Assembly (NCBI GenBank): GCA_965230895.1
Contig: OZ246394.1
Coordinates: forward strand, 377,316-441,315
DNA from: an uncultured Gammaproteobacteria bacterium
Lineage (GTDB): Bacteria > Patescibacteriota > Microgenomatia > Levybacterales > UBA12049
Reading direction: 5' to 3'
Length of the DNA: 64,000 bases
The position numbers were made by a program, and so were the translations under genes. Below the pieces are notes generated by a model. The model saw only the letters and a list, made by a program, of their open reading frames with translations. It had not been told where the DNA came from and ran no database searches. This document shows positions 20,478 to 28,805 of this stretch, one piece after another (position 1 is the stretch's first letter; each line of letters opens with the position of its first letter).

Positions 20478-21731
20478 TCAATACAGGACCCGAAATCGAA
20501 TGGTATGTGGAATTCGTTTAAGAACTGAAAGAACTTTTCTATCATATTTTTTATCGACATCAATAATTACATAACCAATTTCGGTATTCGTTTTTAGATA
20601 TTGTCCGAGGATATTAATCTTATGTTCTGATAAGACATTATTAATCTGTGCCAACATACCCGGAGTATTTTCATGGATATGTAATAGCCGATGCGAGTGT
20701 TTATATTGCGCTAATGAAAGGTTTGGAATATTTGTTGATTGTGACGTGCTGCCCGTATTGATGTACGCAATTATGTTTCGAGCGATACTTTTTTTATGAA
20801 AAACCGCAATCCCTTTCGCCTGCAACGTGCTATTTAAAACAGGTTTCGTGTCTTCGTAGAATCCTATTGCTAGTGCTTTATGTATCTTTGTTAAAAGGTT
20901 CTCACTTTTTTTGTCCGTCAATAAAATAGAAGCATTTTCGGAATCAGACGCTTTGAGAAATTGGTACCCTTCATTCTTTAGTAACTCCAAATCAGCTTTT
21001 GGAACAGTTGTATTTACTACGACTGTAATTCTATTCTTTGGATAAGAAAAAGATCTTGGTAATTTATTCACAAATAAAAACTCATCAAAATTTGGAACTA
21101 TGTAATCAGCATTTTTCACCACATTGTCGCGAATAATGTTTTCCGTGAATGCAATAAACTTTTTTGCGAAACCAAGCTTCTTCAATTCATAATCAGTATA
21201 GCCATCACCGATTATATAAAGATCATTCGCGAGTTTTAGTGAACGGACAACTTTTACTTTCCCTTGATCGCGACTCATGAGATTCTTTGTATCAATTCCT
21301 ATAACAGCTCCTTTGTCATTATATGTAAATGTATTTGCAAAAATATGTTTTGGAGGAATGCCAAAGGATTTTACAACTGGCTGGATAAGTTCATGGAATC
21401 CACCCGAAATAATATAGATTTGATTTTTATGTTCTTGAAAGAACGCTTTATTACGTTGTATTGATGGTGAAATATGTTTTTTAAGTATTTGAGCAGCTTG
21501 TTTAATGAGCTGTCTGTTTGTCTGAAGAAGCGCTACTCTTTCTCGTAAACTTTCTGCAAAAGAAATTTTTCCTTCCATTCCCTGCTGTGTAAGATATTTA
21601 ATTTGATTAACTATACTTTCCTTGTCAGAATGCTTTTCCAAAGATAATTCTGCTAAAACATCAAGTCCTTCACTTTGTATGAAGGTGCTATCAAAATCGA
21701 TAAGATATCGGGTAGGTTTTGTAGATTGCAT
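20478..21731 (-). CDS. serB: Phosphoserine phosphatase (HAD-IB) fused to SerA-derived substrate-binding remnant and ACT domain
   Basis: DFDST, SGGF, IGDGYTD; then SYPKNRI...GIAVF, YINTGST and HIHENTPGMLAQIN...GQYLKT...GYVIIDV ACT domain. Confidence 0.8.
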   Translation of the reverse strand: MQSTKPTRYLIDFDSTFIQSEGLDVLAELSLEKHSDKESIVNQIKYLTQQGMEGKISFAESLRERVALLQTNRQLIKQAAQILKKHISPSIQRNKAFFQEHKNQIYIISGGFHELIQPVVKSFGIPPKHIFANTFTYNDKGAVIGIDTKNLMSRDQGKVKVVRSLKLANDLYIIGDGYTDYELKKLGFAKKFIAFTENIIRDNVVKNADYIVPNFDEFLFVNKLPRSFSYPKNRITVVVNTTVPKADLELLKNEGYQFLKASDSENASILLTDKKSENLLTKIHKALAIGFYEDTKPVLNSTLQAKGIAVFHKKSIARNIIAYINTGSTSQSTNIPNLSLAQYKHSHRLLHIHENTPGMLAQINNVLSEHKINILGQYLKTNTEIGYVIIDVDKKYDRKVLSVLKRIPHTIRFRVLY

Positions 21732-21896
21732 AGCGATAGTATACTCTTCTTCGAACAAAATTGTAGGAAAATTTTGAGCTCAATTGAGGCTATTTTTTGA
21801 TTCATTTTGTATATCTTTGATTAAGTTTAGTCCTTGACAGCGCTTTTCTGCTTTGATAATATCCAGTCAATTGCTGCCCGCTAATTGAACAAAATT

Positions 21897-22550
21897 ATGG
21901 CAGACTTTTCATCACAATCAACTTTCAACCAACCATCTTCGTTTTCGAATAATTCGAACTTCAACAACAGTAAGAAATCAAAAAAGTTTTTCAGTAGTAA
22001 GTATATGCCTTTTATCGTCGTTATCGCGGTAGTCGGACTTATTGGTATTTTTGCAGTGAACAATGCAATGCAGAGCAACGCATCAGCTCCATCAGTTCTT
22101 TCAGCAAACAAAAAAGTCGATATTGAAAAGCCAGTTGCACAACAAACATTAAACAGAAGTTTCAGTTTCCCTTTGCGTGATGCAGCAGGAAAAGAAGTCA
22201 GTCAATTAAAATATGAAATCCAAAATGCTGAGTTGCGAGATGAAATTGTTGTCAAAGGACAAAGAGCTACAGCGGTTCAAGGAAGAACGTTTCTTATTCT
22301 TAATTTAAAGATAACAAATAATTATGACAAATCAATCCAATTAAATTCAAAAGATTATGTTCGATTGATCGTTGGAAGTTCACCTGAGCAACTTGCAGCA
22401 GATATTCATAATGACCCAGTCGATGTTCAAGCTATCTCCACAAAATATACTCGTCTCGGATTCCCCATCAATGATGACGAGAAGTCATTAACTATCCAGG
22501 TTGGTGAAATAACTGGAAAGAAAGAACTTATCAAATTAGATCTTAAGTAA
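21897..22550 (+). CDS. Membrane-anchored extracellular beta-rich protein (DUF4352-like Ig fold)
   Basis: Single TM, then FLILNLKITNN...F beta-strand pattern; TTGACA-17-TAATAT promoter 21834-21862. Confidence 0.6.
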   Translation: MADFSSQSTFNQPSSFSNNSNFNNSKKSKKFFSSKYMPFIVVIAVVGLIGIFAVNNAMQSNASAPSVLSANKKVDIEKPVAQQTLNRSFSFPLRDAAGKEVSQLKYEIQNAELRDEIVVKGQRATAVQGRTFLILNLKITNNYDKSIQLNSKDYVRLIVGSSPEQLAADIHNDPVDVQAISTKYTRLGFPINDDEKSLTIQVGEITGKKELIKLDLK

Positions 22551-22553
22551 ATT

Positions 22554-22581
22554 CGTCACCGCGAGCAAAGCGTGGCGATCT
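22554..22581. repeat. REP-like palindromic element
   Basis: CGTCACCGCGAGCAAAGCGTGGCGATCT resembles GTCATTGCGAG...GCAATC-type intergenic palindromes; single copy in window. Confidence 0.4.
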
Positions 22582-22600
22582 TATAGAAGACGCCAAATAT

Positions 22601-22783
22601 ATGAGAGATTATTCATCCAAACAAGTAAGTACCCAACTCCTCGAAGAAATTGTTGACGCGTTAAAAAACATCCGCGGTTGGGGTAGTGTTGAGATTTTTG
22701 TCCAAGATCATAAAGTAGTTCAAATCGTTGAAAGAAATATTAAGAAGACAAATAATTTAGCGCAAAATTCAGTAAAGCAATAA
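22601..22783 (+). CDS. DUF2292/YezD family small protein
   Basis: EEIVDALKNIRGWGSVEIFVQDHKVVQIVER matches the L..I.(F/W)GSVEI.V.D..VVQIE family pattern. Confidence 0.8.
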   Translation: MRDYSSKQVSTQLLEEIVDALKNIRGWGSVEIFVQDHKVVQIVERNIKKTNNLAQNSVKQ

Positions 22784-22874
22784 CCTCTTCTATATTGATC
22801 TTAATTTGAGTTCAATTTCTCGCGTTCACAAAATATGCTCTATTTCATCAATTTAGCCTCAAAATTTTAGGGTA

Positions 22875-22904
22875 TTGACAAGGTTAGGACGGGTAAGATA
22901 TAGT
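22875..22904 (+). promoter_or_regulatory. Sigma70 promoter of long-leader repeat-protein operon
   Basis: TTGACA 22875-22880, 18 nt, TATAGT 22899-22904; GTTAC direct repeats at 22912, 22920 and 22929. Confidence 0.6.
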
Positions 22905-22965
22905 TAGATCTGTTACAGGGTTACACGGGTTACGTAAAGATTTAATCAGACGCTGACCGCACACG

Positions 22966-23022
22966 GAGGCATCTATTCGTTATTAGGCTTATTCGCTTAA
23001 TAAGGAATAGGTGTCTTTTTTT
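22966..23022 (+). terminator. Leader terminator 1
   Basis: GAGGCATCTATTC-g-TTATTAGGC / GCTTAATAA-g-GAATAGGTGTCTT stem ending in a T run. Confidence 0.75.
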
Positions 23023-23156
23023 GTACGAAATTTTAGTGAATCTGGTTACGTAAAATAAGTAATCATTTATAAGGGTTTGTTACAAAATACCATGAGAAAG
23101 AACTATTCATTAGTAAATTTTGCTGTACGATCAAATGAATCATACCGTTTGGAAAC

Positions 23157-23207
23157 AACGGAGATGCTTGTATCTAAGTAGTTAGGTGCAAACATTTCCG
23201 TTTTTTT
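23157..23207 (+). terminator. Leader terminator 2
   Basis: AACGGAGATG-c-TTGTATCTAA / TTAGGTGCAA-a-CATTTCCGTT stem ending in a T run. Confidence 0.75.
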
Positions 23208-23288
23208 GGTCTTAGGGCTCAATCAGGCGGATGAAGTGCTCCGAATAATATCGGAGATCATTTATCAGGAAAGGAGGTGACAATATAT

Positions 23289-24536
23289 ATGACATACACA
23301 AAACGTATTACAACAGCTATCGCAACGGGCGCAGTCTTAGTCAATGCTTTAGCACCTGTCGCATTCGCGCAGGAAATAACTGTTAGTGGAAATGGTGCAT
23401 TCTCAGATAGTGCAGTTAACGTTTCTAACAACAGTAGTACATCAGTTAACCAGTCAAATAATGCAAATGTTGTTAACAAAGTTTCATCAAACGCAAACTC
23501 AGGTGGTAACTCTTCAAAGTTCAACACAGGAGGTTCAACAAACATTACAACTGGTAAAGCCGTAACAGACACAACAGTAAGTAATTCACTTAACATGAAC
23601 AGTGCAAGTGTTTCTGACTGTGGTGCATGCACAGGTGGAGCTGATGTTAAAGTTCAAGGTAACGGAGCCTATTCTGACAATGGTGTCAGTCTTAACAATA
23701 ATAAATCCGTAAGTTTGAACCAAAACAATAATGCAAACGTCAAAAATTTCATTGAATCAAATGCAAATTCAGGAAAGAACGATTCAAAGTTCAATACTGG
23801 TGGCGATAACAGCATTAAAACTGGATTAGCAGGATCAGTCGTTAACGTTACAACAAAAGCAAATGCAAATGTTGCAACAATCGGCGGCGGTAATGGTAGT
23901 CTCGGTGGTTCAAGTGTTGTCATCGGAGGCCCTAGTGCAACTGATGGTAACGGAGCATTCAGTGATAATGGTGTAGCTTTGAATGGAAATTCAGCAGTTG
24001 TTCTTTCACAAGACAACTCAGCTAGTATCAAAAATATCGTTGATGCGAACTCCAACTCAGGTAAAAACGACTCAAAGTTCAATACTGCTGGCGACAACAG
24101 TATTGTAGCTGGAGATGCAGTAACTGATGTTGCAGTAGATAATGCTGCAAACTTCAATTTTGCATCAGTCGATTGTGACTGTGTACTTGGAGAAGATGTA
24201 GCGGTAACAATCGAAGGTAATGGTGCTAAATCTCTTAACGAGATTGGAGCTTCATTAAACCACGCATTGGTAAACGCTCAAGATAATAATGCTCATCTTT
24301 GGAATGAGGTAGACGGAAATGCTAAATCTGGTCACAACGACTCAGCATTTGGTACAGGTGGAGATAACGATGTTACTGCAGGTGGGTCTTACTCAACTAC
24401 AGCCGTTAACAACGCTGGAAACGCTAACTTCTTCAACAATGGAGCAAGTATGCATCTTCCAGGAAATTGGGAAATGAATGTAGATTTTGATCTATCAGAT
24501 CTATTATCAAGTCTCAATCACTGGTTAGTAGCGTAA
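23289..24536 (+). CDS. Secreted N/G/S-rich protein with four ~90-aa repeats (candidate major filament/amyloid-like subunit)
   Basis: Signal peptide ending VAFA; 4x GNGAxSxN...QxNxAxVxN...NSGxN..KFNTGG..I..G; strong SD AAGGAGGTGA 23271-23280; no anchor. Confidence 0.8.
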   Translation: MTYTKRITTAIATGAVLVNALAPVAFAQEITVSGNGAFSDSAVNVSNNSSTSVNQSNNANVVNKVSSNANSGGNSSKFNTGGSTNITTGKAVTDTTVSNSLNMNSASVSDCGACTGGADVKVQGNGAYSDNGVSLNNNKSVSLNQNNNANVKNFIESNANSGKNDSKFNTGGDNSIKTGLAGSVVNVTTKANANVATIGGGNGSLGGSSVVIGGPSATDGNGAFSDNGVALNGNSAVVLSQDNSASIKNIVDANSNSGKNDSKFNTAGDNSIVAGDAVTDVAVDNAANFNFASVDCDCVLGEDVAVTIEGNGAKSLNEIGASLNHALVNAQDNNAHLWNEVDGNAKSGHNDSAFGTGGDNDVTAGGSYSTTAVNNAGNANFFNNGASMHLPGNWEMNVDFDLSDLLSSLNHWLVA

Positions 24537-24545
24537 TCTTTGATT

Positions 24546-24586
24546 GGTAGTGGTGTCTTACTGGCACTTCGGTAAGGCACCCTACC
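24546..24586 (+). promoter_or_regulatory. Intercistronic stem-loop without U-tract
   Basis: GGTAG-t-GGTGTCTTACTG / CGGTAAGGCACC-CTACC stem between the two repeat genes. Confidence 0.6.
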
Positions 24587-24623
24587 TCAGAGTTTAAAAG
24601 AATAAGAAAAAAAAGATACTAAT

Positions 24624-26873
24624 ATGAAACAAATACTTAAAAAAACACTAGCAATAACTATGATGGCAATCGTGATGTTCGTACAAACGACACCAGTAAT
24701 TGTCCATGCTGAAGATGCTGTAACACCAACAGCGGTTCCTTCACCAACGCAACAACCTGAGCCAACTCAACAGGCGACTCCAACAAGTACACCGCAAACA
24801 ACGGTTGCTCCATCACCTACTGCAAAACCATTGACACCAGAAGAGCAAAAAGCAAAAGAACGTGATGAGCGAGAAAAGCAAAGAAAAGCAGCTGAAGAAG
24901 CTTGGGTAGCAAATTATAATGCAAATAAAAATAAGACTCAAAATAGCCAGGGTTCAGGGACTGGATCAACTTCAAACGGAAATAATGGAAGTACTGCAAT
25001 TAACACAGGCAATGCTACCAATAATAGTGCAACTGTCACGAACGGAAATACAAATGCAGCGGCAAATGGTTCCGGTGCAGTGGTCGGAACAAGTCCGACT
25101 GGAGCAACAATCGCAAACACAAATAATGGTGCAGGTTCTTTAAACAATGGTTCATCAGCTGCTGTTTCAAACAATACTACAAACCAAAACAATAGTGCTT
25201 CAGTAATAAATGAAGCGACGCAATCAGCAACAACTGGGGACAATCAAGCGTCTTTCAATAATGGAGATACAAAAATAAAAACAGGTAATGCTAACGTTTC
25301 AGGAACAGCGATTACTGCAGTAAATACCAATGTCGATGGAGTCATGGTTTCGGAATTTAACTTCGCTGATGATCACAAAGGCGACTTCGTCCTCACCCAA
25401 GAAGCATTTAACCAGAATTGCACAATGGGATGTGGTGGCTACCCTGCAAACGTCGCAAATACTGGCAATGGTGCAGATTCGACAAACACTGCAAGTAATT
25501 CTTCACAAGCAAATAACAATTTGAATCAAACCAATAACGCAAATGTTGGAAATAACATGACACTCACAGCAAACACTGGAAATAATGATGCAAGCATGAA
25601 TACTGGTGGCAATTCCTCAATCGAAACAGGTGACGCAAATATCAACGCGAATGCACTCACCTTTGCCAACAATAATATTAGTGGCAACGTGAACTTCGGA
25701 GTCGTAAATATCTACGGAAACTTTGAAGGAGACATCATACTCCCTGAATTCTCAAGCGGACCAGTAAGCGGTACAACAGTAGCAAACACAAATAATGGCG
25801 CGGGTTCTGATAATACAGTCCTTTCCGATAGTAGTACAAACGGGAATACGTTCCAAGGAAATAATGTGACTATTAATAATGATTTGGTCTTGAATGGAAC
25901 AACTGGAAATAATAACGCGGACTACAATACAGGCGGAAATTCAAATATCACAACTGGAAACACAAATGTAGATGCAAATGTGCTCAATATTGCGAACACA
26001 AATATAACTGGCGGTAACTATTGGTTGGTATTCGTAAACCAAGCTGGTAATTGGATAGGAAAATTGATCGGTGCTCCAGATGGAAGTACTATGGCAGCGT
26101 CAACTGGAATGGAATTATCTTACGGACCAGACGGACAGGTAGTTGCGACCAATAATGGCGTTTCCAACACAGGAAATGGTGCTATGTCCAATAATGCTGC
26201 AAGCAATTCATCTCAGACAAGTAATAATACCAACCAAACGAACAATGGCGTGATTAACAATACTATGAATTTGAATGCAAATACAGGCGGAAACAGTACT
26301 AATTTCAATACGGGTGGAAACAATTCGATCCAAACTGGAGATGCAAATATCATCGCGACCATGGTCAACTTTGTAAACAATAACATTGTTGGCAATGGTA
26401 AATTAAATGTTGTCTTCGTTAACTTGTTCGAAGGTGCAAAATGGACTGGTGACTTTGTACTCCCTGGCCAACAACAGCGACCAAAGACAACACCTACACC
26501 AGTTCCGAACCAAGGCTCAATTGCAGCAAACAGTGATTCTAAAAATACACAATCTGGAAGTACCGTTTCAAATGAAAAGACTACAGATCAGACCAAAGTT
26601 GTTGTAGATCCGAAAACTGGTTCAACAGCAATCACGAAATCAACAACATTCTCAGGATCAAAAGTTTCAAGTAAGAGTATCGAAAATAATTCAGAAACAA
26701 AAGTAGCGGGCGCACAGGCTACAAATGAAAACTTGCTAGTAAAAGCTATGCAAGGAGACGAAGTAAGTAAGAAAAAACTATCACTTAACTTAGCATGGTT
26801 TTTAGTTGCTCTTCCAGTCTTTGGATTCCTGCTCTTCGGCAAGAAACTTATTGCCAAAAGGTTTGCAAAATAA
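24624..26873 (+). CDS. Secreted, C-terminally membrane-anchored paralog with the same N-rich repeats
   Basis: Signal peptide, PT linker, 4x N(G/N)NGAxSxN...QxNxAxVxN...TGxN...NTGG...IxTGxA, PT linker, C-terminal TM plus basic tail. Confidence 0.8.
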   Translation: MKQILKKTLAITMMAIVMFVQTTPVIVHAEDAVTPTAVPSPTQQPEPTQQATPTSTPQTTVAPSPTAKPLTPEEQKAKERDEREKQRKAAEEAWVANYNANKNKTQNSQGSGTGSTSNGNNGSTAINTGNATNNSATVTNGNTNAAANGSGAVVGTSPTGATIANTNNGAGSLNNGSSAAVSNNTTNQNNSASVINEATQSATTGDNQASFNNGDTKIKTGNANVSGTAITAVNTNVDGVMVSEFNFADDHKGDFVLTQEAFNQNCTMGCGGYPANVANTGNGADSTNTASNSSQANNNLNQTNNANVGNNMTLTANTGNNDASMNTGGNSSIETGDANINANALTFANNNISGNVNFGVVNIYGNFEGDIILPEFSSGPVSGTTVANTNNGAGSDNTVLSDSSTNGNTFQGNNVTINNDLVLNGTTGNNNADYNTGGNSNITTGNTNVDANVLNIANTNITGGNYWLVFVNQAGNWIGKLIGAPDGSTMAASTGMELSYGPDGQVVATNNGVSNTGNGAMSNNAASNSSQTSNNTNQTNNGVINNTMNLNANTGGNSTNFNTGGNNSIQTGDANIIATMVNFVNNNIVGNGKLNVVFVNLFEGAKWTGDFVLPGQQQRPKTTPTPVPNQGSIAANSDSKNTQSGSTVSNEKTTDQTKVVVDPKTGSTAITKSTTFSGSKVSSKSIENNSETKVAGAQATNENLLVKAMQGDEVSKKKLSLNLAWFLVALPVFGFLLFGKKLIAKRFAK

Positions 26874-26924
26874 TCTTTTCACTGCCTCTGTAAGTTGCTA
26901 CCAATTACTCATATATGAATCATC

Positions 26925-27746
26925 ATGATTAAAAAAATATATACACTAACATTCTTCATTTCTTCAACATTATTGTTGACTCTTTTTTTTGCGCCTCTTG
27001 CGAGTGCTCAAGAGAATGAAACAAAGCCTATTCAACCATTATTCGCAGGTACAATTGCTACGTTCGAGAAGATATCTCCTTCAAATACTCCAATACAAAC
27101 AGATCCCGTAACAGCACCAGTTCTTGCTATGAACGAAGTGGGTTCTTATCATATAACAACTCCAGCCATTCAGATAGAACCTACTAAGCCCGCTACAGTG
27201 CAAGTATCGACAGACAAGGCTACGCAAAGCGCAAATGTGAACGTTCTAGAAAAGAGTACAAATATAGATATTTCTACTGACCCAGCAATAGATAATGCAA
27301 CCTCTCTAAAAATTGAAACCACTGAAAGCACCAGTAATTTTATAAATACAAACGATACAAGTATTGTTGAATCGGCAACGAAGGATAATAAAAGCTTGAA
27401 CTATACTGAAGGGTTTACAAACACATCAAATCAAATTCATAATCTTGAATTTATAACAGCACCTGTTTATTATTCTTCCGATTGCGCTTGTAACCGCGAA
27501 GATAGTCCCCCATTTCCATATGACAATTCTTCTCCCCTCCATACGCAATCAGCACTATTGAACATAAGTGGTCCAACAATTGTGCCTGTTGTTGGAGACA
27601 TTGTTGCGGCTGTCTTATTCCCAACCGAACCAATCAATGTTAACTTCCTTGTTCTAGCGCTCTTTGGAAATATAATGATGCTTTTACTTCGCTCGTACTT
27701 AAGACTGCGATCCGGGCGATCTCCAGCATACAGATTACCCTTGTAA
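26925..27746 (+). CDS. Secreted T/S/N-rich protein with C-terminal TM
   Basis: Signal peptide (APLASA), DCAC motif, C-terminal hydrophobic segment followed by RLRSGRSP. Confidence 0.6.
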   Translation: MIKKIYTLTFFISSTLLLTLFFAPLASAQENETKPIQPLFAGTIATFEKISPSNTPIQTDPVTAPVLAMNEVGSYHITTPAIQIEPTKPATVQVSTDKATQSANVNVLEKSTNIDISTDPAIDNATSLKIETTESTSNFINTNDTSIVESATKDNKSLNYTEGFTNTSNQIHNLEFITAPVYYSSDCACNREDSPPFPYDNSSPLHTQSALLNISGPTIVPVVGDIVAAVLFPTEPINVNFLVLALFGNIMMLLLRSYLRLRSGRSPAYRLPL

Positions 27747-27803
27747 CAAACCCTCTCCTTCAGACTTTACTATCCTTTCACAAACATTGTATAATCAATC
27801 TTT

Positions 27804-28805
27804 ATGCCTCTACCTGAACAAAGAACTTTTTCAAATATTCGAGAACGTTTTACTGATCCTTCTATAACAATTATATATAACGATAATGCTGGAATATCTA
27901 AGAAAAATCCTCTGAAAGCTGCATCATTTCGCCATAAGATTCGGTCTCTCCATCATTTATTAAACAGCCCTGAGGCTTTTGACCTTGATATTAATTTACA
28001 ACCCACAAAAAGTGCCAACCATGCTATTGATGAAGTAGGTAAAGCTATCGATCAAGGAAGAGGTGCAATCGCTGTGGTTGGAGGAGATGGAACAATTGCA
28101 CCAATAGCACATCGTTTAGCTGTCGAAACTGCTGATCGAAAACCAGATTTATTACTACTCGGCGGAGGCACGCAGAATATTTTTAGAAGAGAAGTTTCAA
28201 AAAGAAGCGACCCTATCCAAGTTGCTATAGATGTTCTCCAAAATGGTGAGCGAAAAGCCATAGATGTAGGAGTTCTTCAAAGCAATGATAAAGCATATCC
28301 ATTTGTCGCAAATGGTGGATTTGGACTCGACGCCCAAGTCATGGAATTTTGGGAGAGAGCCGGCAAAAAACATCGCGGGCAAATTTTCCCACTCTTTTGG
28401 AAGGAAAGAAATAATTTCCAACCTTTTTCTTTGCATATAGTCGATGAGCAAACGAACGTAGATGAAGTCTTCGACAACGTTATCGCTATGCCCATTATAA
28501 ATGCTGGAAAATATGGTGGCTTTTTCAAGTTAACAGAAAGTGATAAATCAGATGGCATTTTAGAAGGAGTTGTTCTCCCTGCCGATCTAAGAAAACCTCA
28601 AGAGTTTATGCATATGCTTCCGAAAGTTCTCTTTTCAGGAAACGAGATTAATGGAGCAAACTATGTAGAGTTAAGGCAAGCAACATTAAGAGAAACCCAA
28701 GGAGAAGAATTATTATTTCAACATGATGGAGAACCTGTACGAGCTGATTCTTCTGAAGTATCAGTAACAACGTTACATCAAAGTGTCACCATTTGGGCTG
28801 CATAA
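27804..28805 (+). CDS. Diacylglycerol kinase / YegS family lipid kinase
   Basis: VVGGDGT, GGTQNIF, IDVG, GFGLDA, YGG, DG, HDGE. Confidence 0.85.
   Translation: MPLPEQRTFSNIRERFTDPSITIIYNDNAGISKKNPLKAASFRHKIRSLHHLLNSPEAFDLDINLQPTKSANHAIDEVGKAIDQGRGAIAVVGGDGTIAPIAHRLAVETADRKPDLLLLGGGTQNIFRREVSKRSDPIQVAIDVLQNGERKAIDVGVLQSNDKAYPFVANGGFGLDAQVMEFWERAGKKHRGQIFPLFWKERNNFQPFSLHIVDEQTNVDEVFDNVIAMPIINAGKYGGFFKLTESDKSDGILEGVVLPADLRKPQEFMHMLPKVLFSGNEINGANYVELRQATLRETQGEELLFQHDGEPVRADSSEVSVTTLHQSVTIWAA

Noticed and set aside
22912-23260. Repeats in the long leader as a CRISPR array or T-box/known riboswitch
   Set aside because: No regular repeat-spacer period, no cas genes and no T-box consensus seen
23258-26857. 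Several antisense ORFs over the repeat genes (and similar shadow ORFs across the window)
   Set aside because: Explained by codon bias on the coding strand; no motifs or start signals
27690-27746. C-terminal RSGRSPA as a RAPP-like ribosome arrest motif
   Set aside because: It does not match RxPP, and the downstream gene has its own promoter
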